Assembly: GCA_965205015.1 (NCBI GenBank)
Contig: OZ242029.1
Span: 1,984,001 to 2,048,000 of the forward strand
Direction of reading: 5' to 3'
DNA: 64,000 bases
Origin: Candidatus Poribacteria bacterium
GTDB taxonomy: Bacteria; Poribacteria; WGA-4E; WGA-3G
The position numbers were made by a program, and so were the translations under genes. Shown piece after piece: positions 1 through 10,200 of the stretch; position 1 is the first letter of the stretch; each line of letters starts with the position of its first letter. Below the pieces are notes generated by a model. It searched no databases. It was not told the origin of the DNA and saw nothing but the letters and a program-made list of their open reading frames with translations.

Positions 1-71
1 AATAGACAAAAAGAGGTGCAGTTTTCAGAGATTTCATCGCGGTATTGTGAACTTCAAGAAGCCGTCCGCTT

Positions 72-1460
72 TTAGTGTAAACTGTGGATCGCTCTATCGT
101 ATGCTGCTTCAGCGGACTCCATCACCATTTCTGAGAGGGTTGGATGTGCGTGCACAGTACCCGCTATCTCCATCGCAGTCGCGCCCGTACGAATCGCGAC
201 GGCGGCTTCATGAATAAGGGTTGAAGCATGGGCACCAACAATATGAACACCGAGGATATCGCCACTATCCGAATCAGAGACGATCTTAACAAACCCGTCC
301 GTCTCGCGTAGTCCCAATGCCTTCCCATTCGCAGCGTATGGAAATCGTCCGATCTTCACTTCGTAACCCTCATCCGTCGCCTCTTTTTCTGTCATACCGA
401 CGTGTCCGATTTCAGGTAAAGTGAAGACACACCACGGAATCACCTGATAATCCATCTCGACAGTGTCACCCAGAGAGTTTTGTGCCGCAACCTTTCCCTC
501 TGCCGATGCAACGTGTGCCAACAGGTACCGACTCGCCACGTCTCCAACGGCATAAATACCCGGAACATTCGTCTGCATTCGGGGGTCCACGACAATTTTT
601 CCGCTTTCTGTGCGAACGCCAACCTTTTCTAAACCTATCCCATCTGTGTTGTAACGCCTCCCAATTGAGACGAGCATCTTTTCCGCTGTCAATTCTTCAC
701 CGGATTCAAGCACTGCTGTGACACCCGCATCCGATTTTTTGACACGGGTCAGTTTCGCACCTGTGTGGAGCGTGATACCTTTCCGTTTCATGAAAAGTTG
801 GATATGCCGGATAACTTGAACATCTTCAGTCGCCAAAATTGTGGGGAGGAGTTCCAACACAGTCACGTTGCAACCGAGGGCATTAAAGATGGAAGCGAAT
901 TCACATCCCGAAACGCCACCGCCAACGATCAGGAGGCTTTCGGGGAGTTCTGTCAGATCGAGAATACCCGTTGTCGTCAAGACTTGGTTCTCGTCAATTT
1001 CAAAGACAGGCGGTTCCGCAGGTTCGGAACCCGTGGCAATGATAATATTTTTCGCGTATAATTGTTCGGTTGTCCCGTCAGGTTTGCTGACGACAATCGT
1101 ATTTCTGTTGATAAGTGTTGCTGTCCCGTTAAAAGTATCAACCCCATTTGCCTTCAGCAGTTGCGCAATACCACCCGTGAGTTGCTGGATGACCGAGGTT
1201 TTATGGGTCAATACTTGGGGATAGTCAATTGTTGCGTCGCCATTGACATTCACACCGAAAGCAGACGCTTCTTGAACCTGTGTCGCCAAGTTGGCAACCG
1301 CAAAAAGGGTTTTCGTTGGAATGCACCCGCGGTTCAGGCAGGTGCCACCCCACGCTCCCTTTTCTATCAGGCAGACCTTACCGCCAAGTTGCGCCGCTTT
1401 AATAGCCGCGACGTAACCCCCGGGGCCCCCACCGATAATTCCGACATCATACGTAGCCAT
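72..1460 (-). CDS. lpdA: Dihydrolipoyl dehydrogenase (E3)
   Basis: GGGPGG FAD motif, redox disulfide GGTCLNRGCIP, C-terminal HAHPTLSE. Start moved to ATG 1460, which has AGGAG upstream. Confidence 0.95.
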   Translation of the reverse strand: MATYDVGIIGGGPGGYVAAIKAAQLGGKVCLIEKGAWGGTCLNRGCIPTKTLFAVANLATQVQEASAFGVNVNGDATIDYPQVLTHKTSVIQQLTGGIAQLLKANGVDTFNGTATLINRNTIVVSKPDGTTEQLYAKNIIIATGSEPAEPPVFEIDENQVLTTTGILDLTELPESLLIVGGGVSGCEFASIFNALGCNVTVLELLPTILATEDVQVIRHIQLFMKRKGITLHTGAKLTRVKKSDAGVTAVLESGEELTAEKMLVSIGRRYNTDGIGLEKVGVRTESGKIVVDPRMQTNVPGIYAVGDVASRYLLAHVASAEGKVAAQNSLGDTVEMDYQVIPWCVFTLPEIGHVGMTEKEATDEGYEVKIGRFPYAANGKALGLRETDGFVKIVSDSDSGDILGVHIVGAHASTLIHEAAVAIRTGATAMEIAGTVHAHPTLSEMVMESAEAAYDRAIHSLH

Positions 1461-1489
1461 AACCGCTCCTGTTTTGTGAGATAAATTGA

Positions 1490-1518
1490 ATTTTAGCACA
1501 AAGCATGAGGGCTGTCAA
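1490..1518 (-). promoter_or_regulatory. sigma70-type promoter for lpdA
   Basis: TTGACA-17 bp-TAAAAT on the minus strand. Confidence 0.7.
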
Positions 1519-1590
1519 ATTCAAATCGAGTTTCAGTCCCTTAGCATTAATGCTCAGTCTGCTTTAGTTCTCCCCAGACAGGTGAAAGTT

Positions 1591-2574
1591 TCACTTTAAA
1601 TCGTCTGCTTTCAACGCGCCCCAGAGTGTTGTGATTCGGTTCATCGATTCAACGGCGTGTGCCGTATCTGTCCAATCGAACTCTTGCACCTCGCCCCCAG
1701 GTAGTTTCTCAAAAACCCGTTCCTGGAGGCCCCCAGAGATGGGCACAGCAGTATTCTGAAATGATTGGAAATTCTTGGTGAAGGTTGTGTAAATGAGATA
1801 TTTTCCATCCGGGGACCAAGACAGTCCCCACCAGCCAACCGCGTCCTCTGGAATGTCTTTCACTTTTATATGTGCCACCGGTTGCAGGGTTGCCAGGGAG
1901 AGAATGCTCAGGTGGTTCTCGCGAGGAGCGGGCCAAAAAGTATGAGCGACCGCGATTTTTTGACCATCAGGTGAGAGTGCGGGAACCGTCCCCTCCCTCG
2001 AGACCCGTAAACTCTTGCCGGTGAACGGATTCAACAGAAAAACCTCGGAGACGGTTGCGTAGGCAATTTCCTTGCCATTCGGTGACCACTCGACGTTAGG
2101 AGCAGACACGTGTTTTAACAGGGTTGCTGCGGGAAGGTTGCGTTGGAGTTCACGATGTGGAATGAAATAGATGCCCCGGGCCTCCGGTGGATCTAAGAAC
2201 GCTGTGGTAAAGGCGACATCCCCGTTTTTTGAGATAGCGACATCGGAAATCCCATCAAACAAGCCCTTTGTAAGGTTACGTGTTTTTCTACGAGGTTGAG
2301 TTCTATCAAGAAGGTGGACATCCGCGACTATCCCTCTGAAAGAAATGAAGACAAGGAGAGGACCTCCTTTTTGCACGGAGAATTTCCCAATTGCTTCTAC
2401 AGGGTCTGAAAAAATCCTGTGGGCGGTGCCGGGGTCCTCTACGTGTGTCATCCAGAGTTCGTCGAAATGCTCAGGATGTCCAAAGATAACTTCCCCAGTA
2501 AGTTCCGCTTGTGTTGTTGCAAACGGAAGCAGCACCGTGAAACAAAGATAAAAACTGATGAAGACGTATTTCAT
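1591..2574 (-). CDS. Secreted PD40/TolB-like beta-propeller protein with conserved C-terminal tail
   Basis: Signal peptide; WSPNGK, LSPDGQ and WSPDGK repeats; ends AVESMNRITTLWGALKADDLK. Confidence 0.8.
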   Translation of the reverse strand: MKYVFISFYLCFTVLLPFATTQAELTGEVIFGHPEHFDELWMTHVEDPGTAHRIFSDPVEAIGKFSVQKGGPLLVFISFRGIVADVHLLDRTQPRRKTRNLTKGLFDGISDVAISKNGDVAFTTAFLDPPEARGIYFIPHRELQRNLPAATLLKHVSAPNVEWSPNGKEIAYATVSEVFLLNPFTGKSLRVSREGTVPALSPDGQKIAVAHTFWPAPRENHLSILSLATLQPVAHIKVKDIPEDAVGWWGLSWSPDGKYLIYTTFTKNFQSFQNTAVPISGGLQERVFEKLPGGEVQEFDWTDTAHAVESMNRITTLWGALKADDLK

Positions 2575-2745
2575 AGTCCCTCCTTTTGTCCTGATAGGAT
2601 TTTAGCGGGGAGGTCCATTTCCATAGGGAATTCACCTAAGTCAATCATTTTTATTTTGCCTTACCGTGAAAAATGGGGTGGTTTGCCAAAATTATAATAG
2701 GTTTTGACATGAGACCGGTCGAATCGTCAAAAAATCTTCTAACGG

Positions 2746-3177
2746 CTATTTTGCTTTCAGCCGTGCCCACTGCGTCGTGAGTTTCTCGCGCACCCTGACA
2801 GGCAAACTATTGTGGGGTGTCCAGTCCATCCCCCAATTATCGCTCGGATGGGGTGTAAGGTTCATTATCTGCCCATCGCTCAACCGATACTTATAGATTT
2901 TGTAAATATTTTCTAAACCTTTGGGCACCCCTGCAAAAAGCACGGCATTGCCATCATCTGCCCAGCAAACTTTATTGATTGTCCAGCCTTTCGGTGTATC
3001 AAGCACCCTCACATGCTGGGTCCTCACATTAACTATAAGAATAGAAGTAGCAAGAAGCCGGTTGGGAACATACTCCGCCTCGCTATAGAGAATATGTTTA
3101 CCGTCCGGAGACCATCTGGCAAAACCACTTATGATAATTGAATTGCCGAATTGCCCCAGGTCGGAAAAGTTAATGCC
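2746..3177 (-). pseudogene. 5'-truncated PD40/TolB-like paralogue
   Basis: Frame stays open upstream of 3027 (…ARWSPDGKHILYSE…) to a TGA at 3178-3180; no signal peptide or N-terminal half; ends REKLTTQWARLKAK. Confidence 0.7.
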
Positions 3178-3203
3178 TCATTTGCGTTTTTTCGCAGAAT
3201 TTT

Positions 3204-4241
3204 TTAGGGGTCAGTCTGCTTTAATTCTCCCCAGAGCGTACTCAACTTTCCATGCGGTGAAACAGATAAAGAGCCTTCAGTCCAGTCGGGCCACTTCTCA
3301 TCACTCGGCTCCCGTGTCAAACGTCTCAGACTTCGTGTCTCGAGCCCATAGCGATAGAGATTATAATTCGGGATGGGTTTATCCATGAGCTTCAGTGAGA
3401 AAAGGATCGCACGGTCCTGCTCCATCCAACTTGCTCCTGTTCCTAACCATTTGTTGCCGAGTCTGTCATTAATATCGGTAATTACCTGTTTCCCGCCACC
3501 GATTCGCTGAACAATGAGTTTCTCGACATCTCCCTTTTCAAGCCATTGGACTTCAAAAAATAAGATACGTTGCCCATCTGCGGACCAGCGGGGGAAATAT
3601 CTCAAAGTGAGCGGACCCTTGAGCGGCGGATCCCGGAGGACAGGTCGCTGGTGCTGCCCATCCGCAGACATCACGTAAATGGTTTTCGGGGATATCCCGT
3701 TTTTGATTGGAACGAACCGCTCAAAAGTGATCTGTGTGCCATCGGGCGACCAGTCGGGGGACGCGGACCCTACCCCATCTTCAATACCCGTCAACTGTGT
3801 GACAGCACGCGTCGCAAGTTCTATGACGAATACCTCCCATGCTCCACTGCGGGTACTCGAAAAGGCGATCCTTTTTCCATCCGGGGCCCAGGACGGAACT
3901 CCGTCAAGGACGTTGTTATGGGTGAGGCGTTGCGGGGCTGTTCCGTCTGCGTTCATGATGAATATCTCTGCTGTGGTTTGACTCTTCGTCTTATCCATAT
4001 ATCGCGTGAAAGCGATCCTTTTTCCATCGGGCGACCAGCGGGGATACCGGTGTGTCGCTTGCGTGCTGTGTGTGAGCCTGCGTCTGCGGGAACCGTCATC
4101 GTTCATGACGTAAATGTCACCATCGCCACAAAACACGATCTTCGCCTCTATGGAAGTTGTAGTCCCGGCGAGACAGAACACACAGCAAACAAAGAAAAAT
4201 CTTATTGTTCGTGAAAGAAAGATTGTTTTTAGCTGGTTCAT
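3204..4241 (-). CDS. Secreted PD40/TolB-like beta-propeller protein with conserved C-terminal tail
   Basis: Start at MNQLKT with GGAGG RBS; several PxWSPDGxRIAF repeats; ends SVSPHGKLSTLWGELKQTDP. Confidence 0.85.
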   Translation of the reverse strand: MNQLKTIFLSRTIRFFFVCCVFCLAGTTTSIEAKIVFCGDGDIYVMNDDGSRRRRLTHSTQATHRYPRWSPDGKRIAFTRYMDKTKSQTTAEIFIMNADGTAPQRLTHNNVLDGVPSWAPDGKRIAFSSTRSGAWEVFVIELATRAVTQLTGIEDGVGSASPDWSPDGTQITFERFVPIKNGISPKTIYVMSADGQHQRPVLRDPPLKGPLTLRYFPRWSADGQRILFFEVQWLEKGDVEKLIVQRIGGGKQVITDINDRLGNKWLGTGASWMEQDRAILFSLKLMDKPIPNYNLYRYGLETRSLRRLTREPSDEKWPDWTEGSLSVSPHGKLSTLWGELKQTDP

Positions 4242-4344
4242 TGTGTTCCTCCTTATGCACAGATGATGCTTGGGGGAACCCGCGGCGATGCGGTTCTTGT
4301 CTTCGCCGCGGGCATTATCAGAGGGATCTGAGAGAAATCGACTC

Positions 4345-4818
4345 CTAAAGTTCAAAACGAGTGGAGCATTGCGCAGTAGGCCACGCAACCTTCTCCTTCG
4401 TCGCAAGGTCTCTTACCTCCAGTTCTGTCCGCGCGGTAATCTGACCGGGTCCTTCTCTTTTGTTTCTCAGAAGGAACGAGAAATTGTCATGGGCAGACCC
4501 AAAACTATTCCCATCTACATTTTTCTCTTTTTCTTTGGCTGGTGGTGTCGTAGACCCACCGTTCCAACGCACTGTCACCCTGAACGTGCCATATAATTTA
4601 ACCTCCCCTGGGCCATAATTGTCAATGGCGACAGAATGACTGCTGTGGGCAGTTTCTGTTAAGGTATCAAACCATGTCGCGACGTAGGTAGATCCATAAA
4701 CGTTTCCAGCAAATTTAGTGGCCGGTCTAAAATCCGAATTGAAAGCGTAGAGATCAGTGAGAAAGAGACCAGTTGTTGCGAAAAGTGCCGCCAGTGTAAA
4801 AACAAAAAAGCGTTTCAT
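4345..4818 (-). CDS. Secreted hypothetical protein (157 aa, beta-rich)
   Basis: AAGGAG RBS before MKRFFVFTLAALFA signal peptide; the extension to 5163 runs through promoter and repeat DNA. Confidence 0.7.
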   Translation of the reverse strand: MKRFFVFTLAALFATTGLFLTDLYAFNSDFRPATKFAGNVYGSTYVATWFDTLTETAHSSHSVAIDNYGPGEVKLYGTFRVTVRWNGGSTTPPAKEKEKNVDGNSFGSAHDNFSFLLRNKREGPGQITARTELEVRDLATKEKVAWPTAQCSTRFEL

Positions 4819-5075
4819 TTTATAATCTCCTTTTGACTCGCTATCAGGAGTCTTCATTTGAATACCGAGAATTCGTTGTTGAATGTCATCAAATTTCGAT
4901 TGGGGAAAGTTTCGCCTCCCCTTATCTATTAATATAGACATGAAACTGCAAAAGTTAAGGCCTAATTTACACTTTTTGGCAGAATTTTCGTAATTTTTTT
5001 TCAATTTTCTCCTCAAAACCGCTAAAAATCTGTGAAATATGGGCGTAATGTTGACTTGATAACCGATTTCCTCAC

Positions 5076-5120
5076 AATCCGCGTCATCCGTGTAATCCGC
5101 GATAATCTGTGATTCAGACA
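5076..5120. repeat. Short ~9-bp-period intergenic repeat
   Basis: aatccgcgt-catccgtgt-aatccgcgat-aatctgtgat-tcagaca. Confidence 0.6.
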
Positions 5121-5163
5121 AACAATTGCCAAAATTTTTACACATCTGCGGAATTCTCCACAT

Positions 5164-5192
5164 TTGACAAAAAACACAGAGACTGCTATAGT
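5164..5192 (+). promoter_or_regulatory. sigma70-type promoter for ggt
   Basis: TTGACA-17 bp-TATAGT. Confidence 0.7.
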
Positions 5193-5224
5193 AAATAGAA
5201 CGGTCTTAATCAAGGAGTCAAAAG

Positions 5225-6835
5225 ATGTTCGATGGGTACTCCCCAAACCAATTCGGGCCCGGACGCTCGGCAGTCATCTGCCAACATGGAGCGGTTGCGA
5301 CGAGTCAGCCGCTTGCGGCACAGGGCGGGTTGCAGATTCTACGTGAAGGTGGAAACGCCGTTGATGCGGCGGTCGCAACGGCTGCAATACTGAACGTTGT
5401 TGAGCCAATGTCAACCGGCATCGGGGGCGATGCCTTTATGCTCGTTTATCAACCCAAAGAGGGTGTAATCCGCGGCTTAAATGCCAGTGGTAGAGCACCT
5501 TACGCTGCAGAGCCAGAATTCTTTACCAAGCAGGGGTTGATGCGTATTCCCTCTTTTGGGAGTATGTATCCCGTCACCGTCCCTGGGACAATTGACGGAT
5601 GGGCAACACTCCTCGACGAGTGCGGAACAATGTCGCTATCAGAGGTCCTTCAGCCTGCTATTGATTACGCCGAAAAAGGATTTCCTGTCAGCCCACAAAT
5701 TAGTCTCGCATGGCAAGAAAGCGCGCCGATGTTGGCGGAGCACCCCGACACAGCACGGACATACCTCAAGAACGGGAAGGCCCCGGCACCTGGGGAAATC
5801 TTTTTTCAACCGAATCTGGCACGGACGTTTCGGTTGATCGCAGAAGGCGAACGCGATGCCTTCTATCAAGGGGAAATTGCTGACAAAATCGTGAAATTCT
5901 CCGATGAAAACGGAGGCTTGTTTACGCAACGCGATTTTGCTGAACACACGTCGGAGTGGGTAGAACCGATTTCTGCCAATTATCGAGGCTACGATGTTTA
6001 TGAGATACCCCCAAATGGACAGGGGATCGCCGCTCTTCTTGCACTTAACATCGTTGAAGGATTTGAATTCGGAACGATGGGGCATAACAGTCCTGAACAT
6101 CTACACCATGCAATTGAGGCAATGAAATTAGGATTCTCGGATCTCTACGAATACGTAACGGATCCGACGTTTGTGGAGGTGCCAGTAGATGGGCTGCTTT
6201 CCAAAGATTATACAGAAAACCAGCGAGCGCGCATCTCATCGGAACGGGCAAACGATCAGCCGAATCCTGGTGTTCCTACAATGGGAAGTGACACGGTGTA
6301 CCTCTGTGCGGTTGACAGCGAGCGAAATGTCGTCTCCTTTATCAACAGTCTCTTCGCTGGTTTCGGTTCAGGCTTGGTGGCTGGCGATACGGGGATTATG
6401 TTACAAAATCGGGGTGCGGGGTTCTCGCTGAATCCCGACCATGCGAATTGTATTGCACCTCATAAGCGGACACTGCATACCATAATCCCTGGCATGATTG
6501 CACAAAACGGAGTGCCTTTAGTCACCTTCGGGGTCATGGGTGGACAGATGCAAGCCCAAGGACATTTACAATTTGTATGCAACCTCGTCGATTTCAATAT
6601 GGACGTGCAAAACGCATTAGACGCGCCTCGGTTTCGAGTGATGGATGACTCGCGGATTATGTTAGAGACGGGCATTCCAATGAACGCACAAGCCGCATTG
6701 GCACAAAAAGGACATCATATCATACCGGGGCACACTTTTTTTGGGGGTGGACAAGCAATTTTCATCGATCCAGCCTTTAACACGCTGGTCGCAGGTTCAG
6801 ATCCAAGACGGGATGGATGTGCAGTCGGCTATTGA
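5225..6835 (+). CDS. ggt: Gamma-glutamyltransferase (no signal peptide)
   Basis: GGNAVDAAVA, VVEPMSTGIGGD, nucleophile DTVY, GVMGGQMQAQG, SDPRRDG. Confidence 0.93.
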   Translation: MFDGYSPNQFGPGRSAVICQHGAVATSQPLAAQGGLQILREGGNAVDAAVATAAILNVVEPMSTGIGGDAFMLVYQPKEGVIRGLNASGRAPYAAEPEFFTKQGLMRIPSFGSMYPVTVPGTIDGWATLLDECGTMSLSEVLQPAIDYAEKGFPVSPQISLAWQESAPMLAEHPDTARTYLKNGKAPAPGEIFFQPNLARTFRLIAEGERDAFYQGEIADKIVKFSDENGGLFTQRDFAEHTSEWVEPISANYRGYDVYEIPPNGQGIAALLALNIVEGFEFGTMGHNSPEHLHHAIEAMKLGFSDLYEYVTDPTFVEVPVDGLLSKDYTENQRARISSERANDQPNPGVPTMGSDTVYLCAVDSERNVVSFINSLFAGFGSGLVAGDTGIMLQNRGAGFSLNPDHANCIAPHKRTLHTIIPGMIAQNGVPLVTFGVMGGQMQAQGHLQFVCNLVDFNMDVQNALDAPRFRVMDDSRIMLETGIPMNAQAALAQKGHHIIPGHTFFGGGQAIFIDPAFNTLVAGSDPRRDGCAVGY

Positions 6836-6852
6836 GACAGCAGGTAATTTTT

Positions 6853-6881
6853 TTGACTTTTGGCTTAGATTAGGGTATAAT
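6853..6881 (+). promoter_or_regulatory. Near-consensus sigma70 promoter about 370 nt upstream of gltB
   Basis: TTGACT-17 bp-TATAAT. Confidence 0.75.
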
Positions 6882-6889
6882 ATTAAAAC

Positions 6890-7107
6890 AAACAGACGGT
6901 TTCGGCTCAAACATTGAGGACCGAACCGAAGCATGTAAACCCGCCAAGCCGGTCGCAAATCACCGTTGATGCGATCGCGGATCGCTGTTGATTCCGAGGG
7001 GTCTCTTGCCTTGGAGCGCGCTATCTCTGGTAGGATATGAGTAGCCAGCGTCCGACTTAAGCCGTACAAAACATCCTATCCAGCCTGGAAAACGAAATCT
7101 GTTTTCT
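6890..7107 (+). ncRNA. Candidate structured leader RNA or sRNA, family not recognised
   Basis: Several consecutive hairpins directly after a strong promoter; no credible ORF. Confidence 0.35.
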
Positions 7108-7258
7108 GATTGTTTGTATCCTTGATAAAAAGGAGTAGGGCTAAAACGCGTGAACCTCGCCCCGCAGATTAAATACAAAATGGCGAGAGATGGGAAGCCC
7201 ACTCTACAATGCCAATACAAAAGAAATATAGAAGAATGTATGGAGAGTCAGTTTAGAA

Positions 7259-10200
7259 ATGTATAATGATTTAAAAGAAAAAGATGCCTGCGGCGTCGGT
7301 TTTGTCGCGAACCGTTTTGGGAATCGAAGTCACGATATTATCAAAATGGCGACGCAAGCAGTCACGAACTTGACGCACCGAGGCGCAGTGGCGGCTGATG
7401 CAAAAACAGGTGACGGGGCAGGTATTTTAACGCAAATCCCAGAAAAATTATTTCAAAAAGAACTGCAGAAACTCGGAGTCCACCTTGATTCAATAAAGGA
7501 CTTGGGTATCGGGGTGATTTTCCTACCGAGACATGATCGGGATGCACAGGCACAAGGACGCGCAATCGTTGAAGAGATATTACAACACTACGATGTTCCT
7601 CTCCTTGGATGGCGTTCGGTCCCTCAGGATTTTTCCGCACTCGGTGCCACGGCACTCGAAACACTGCCGGAAATCCAACAGGTATTGGTCGGGCGTCCAG
7701 AGCAACTCACCGATGATGCTTTTGAACAACGTTTGTATCTGATATGTAAAGCGTTAGAGCATCGTGTTACAGCCGCATCACTTGATGAGTTCCATATCGC
7801 CTCTTTTTCACATCGGACGATCGTCTATAAGGGGTTGCTGGTAGCACCTCAGCTGACGCAGTTTTACTCGGATTTAAAAGACCCTGATTTTCAGGCAGCA
7901 CTTGCCGTTTTCCATCAACGCTACAGTACAAATACCTCGTCCACATGGATGCTCGCCCAACCTTTTCATACACTGGCGCACAATGGTGAAATCAACACCT
8001 TAATGGGCAATCGGAACTGGATGCGGGCGCGCGAAGCCGACTTGCAATCGCCCCTCTGGAAGGAAGACATCCAAAAACTCATTCCAATTATCAATCCACA
8101 GGGCAGCGATTCCATGAGTTTGGATAACGTGTTAGAACTTCTAACACACTCCGGTCGCGATATCCTACATGCCATGATGTGTCTGATTCCCGAAGCCTAT
8201 GAACAAATCCCCGATATGCCGGACGCCTTGAAAGCCTGTTACGAGTACCTCTCATGTGTCAGTGAACCTTGGGACGGTCCAGCCGCCGTCGCCTTTACTG
8301 ATGGCGTTAGTGTCGGCGCGAGTTTGGATAGAAACGGACTCCGCCCCGCACGCTACAAGGTTACCGAAGACGGTACGGTCGTTATGGGGTCTGAAGTCGG
8401 TATTATTGAACTTGATGACAGTTGCGTCGTGGAAAAGGGACGTTTGGGACCTGGGCAAATGATTGCTGTGGATACAGTCCAAGGAAGGTTGCTGAAAGAT
8501 TCCGACATTAAACATAATGTTGCCAAGCGGAAGCCTTATGCTGAGTGGGTGAAGAAAGGTATCGTAACGCTCCCAGCGGAAAAAAAAGGAACGTGTGTCA
8601 CGACAGATGCTGTCCCTGAAAAATTGTCAACATATCAGAAAGCTTTCGGCTATATGACTGAAGACGTAGAGCGTTTTATTAAACCTATGGTGTCGGAAGC
8701 GAAGGAAGCAATCGGTTCAATGGGGGATGACACACCGCCGTCTGTGATTTCTCGACATCCGCGGTTGCTCTATAGCTATTTCAAGCAACGTTTTGCACAA
8801 GTTACCAATCCACCTATTGATTCGATCCGAGAACGTTTGGTGATGTCTCTGACGACACACCTCGGAAAACAGTATAGCTTGCTCACGGAAACGCCAGCAC
8901 ACGCTCGACTTATTCGGTTACAGTCCCCGATTTTGACAAATACAGATTTACAAGCATTGCGTGAACTGGATATATCCGATTTTCAGATAGAGACACTGCC
9001 TGTTTGTTTCCCCGTAGCCTCTGGCACACAAGGTTTGGAAGAGGCATTGGAAATGCTCTGTCAACGCGCCTCCAAGGCTATTGATGAGGGGGTAACACTC
9101 CTGGTGCTCAGTGACAAAGAGGTGAGCCCTGACCTTGCCCCGATTCCGATGGCACTTGCTATTGGTGCTGTCCACCACCATTTGATTCGGGAAAGAAAGC
9201 GAATGCAGGCCAGTCTCATCGCTGAAACTGGAGATGCGAGAGAAGAACACCACTTCGCTGTGCTTCTCGGTTACGGCGCGACCGCAATCAACCCTTATCT
9301 TGCTTTCTCAACGATTGTTCAACTTGCTGAAGACGGTGAATTCGCAGAACTTACCGCTTTAGAAGCCGTTGAAACCTATAAAGCAACCGTCGAAAAAGGT
9401 ATTTTGAAAATTATGGCAAAGATGGGAATTTCGACGGTGTCAAGTTATCATGGAGCCCAGATTTTTGAAGCACTTGGTATCAATTCAACAGTTATTGACA
9501 AATGCTTTACAGGCACTACCTCACGCTTAAGTGGCATTGGCTTTGCTGAAATCGCAGCGGAGACGCTTCACTTCCACACAAAAGCATTCTCTGGAAGTGA
9601 AGACGATACGTCCTTAGAGGAAGCAGGCTATTTCCGATTCCGTAGAAACGGCGAGTTCCATGCCTTTAATCCGATGGTATTTAAGGCACTTCACCGGTTT
9701 GTGAAGGGGGGGAAGCCGGAGGACTATGAGAAATATGCTGCTGCTATTGAAAGTGGAGAACCTTCCAGCTTACGAGATCTTCTTGCTTTCAAACCTAGTA
9801 CCCCTATTCCGATTGAAGACGTCGAGCCAGCAGAAGATATCGTTCGGCGTTTCACAACCGGGAGTATGTCTTTTGGTGCCTTAAGTCGCGAGACACACGA
9901 AACCTTGGCAGTCGCGATGAATCGCCTCGGTGCGAAATCAGGGAGTGGAGAAGGTGGAGAAAGCAGTACCCGCTTCAAACCCCAACCCAATGGGGACCTT
10001 GCTTCCAGTGCCATCAAACAGGTGGCATCCGGGCGGTTCGGTGTAACCCCCACCTACCTCATATCGGCAAAGGAACTGGAAATTAAAATGGCACAAGGTT
10101 CAAAACCCGGAGAAGGTGGACAAATCCCAGGACATAAAGTAACAGCCGAAATCGCTTCTCTTCGACACTCTGTGCCAGGAGTGCCATTGATCTCACCACC

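Noticed and set aside
3178-3180. Second selenocysteine TGA upstream of the PD40 fragment
   Set aside because: The upstream sequence is a copy of non-coding DNA, with no Cys motif or start codon.
4242-4406. N-terminal ORF-track extensions (also 4819-5163, 17534-17635, 20441-20551, 60875-61003)
   Set aside because: They overlap neighbouring genes or promoters; downstream starts have better RBS and signal peptides.
6890-7107. tmRNA, SRP RNA, T-box or glnA riboswitch call
   Set aside because: Only short resemblances (GGTTTCG, GCATG, GTAAACCCGCC); no tRNA-like ends, tag ORF, SRP GGAA loop, T-box or glnA consensus.
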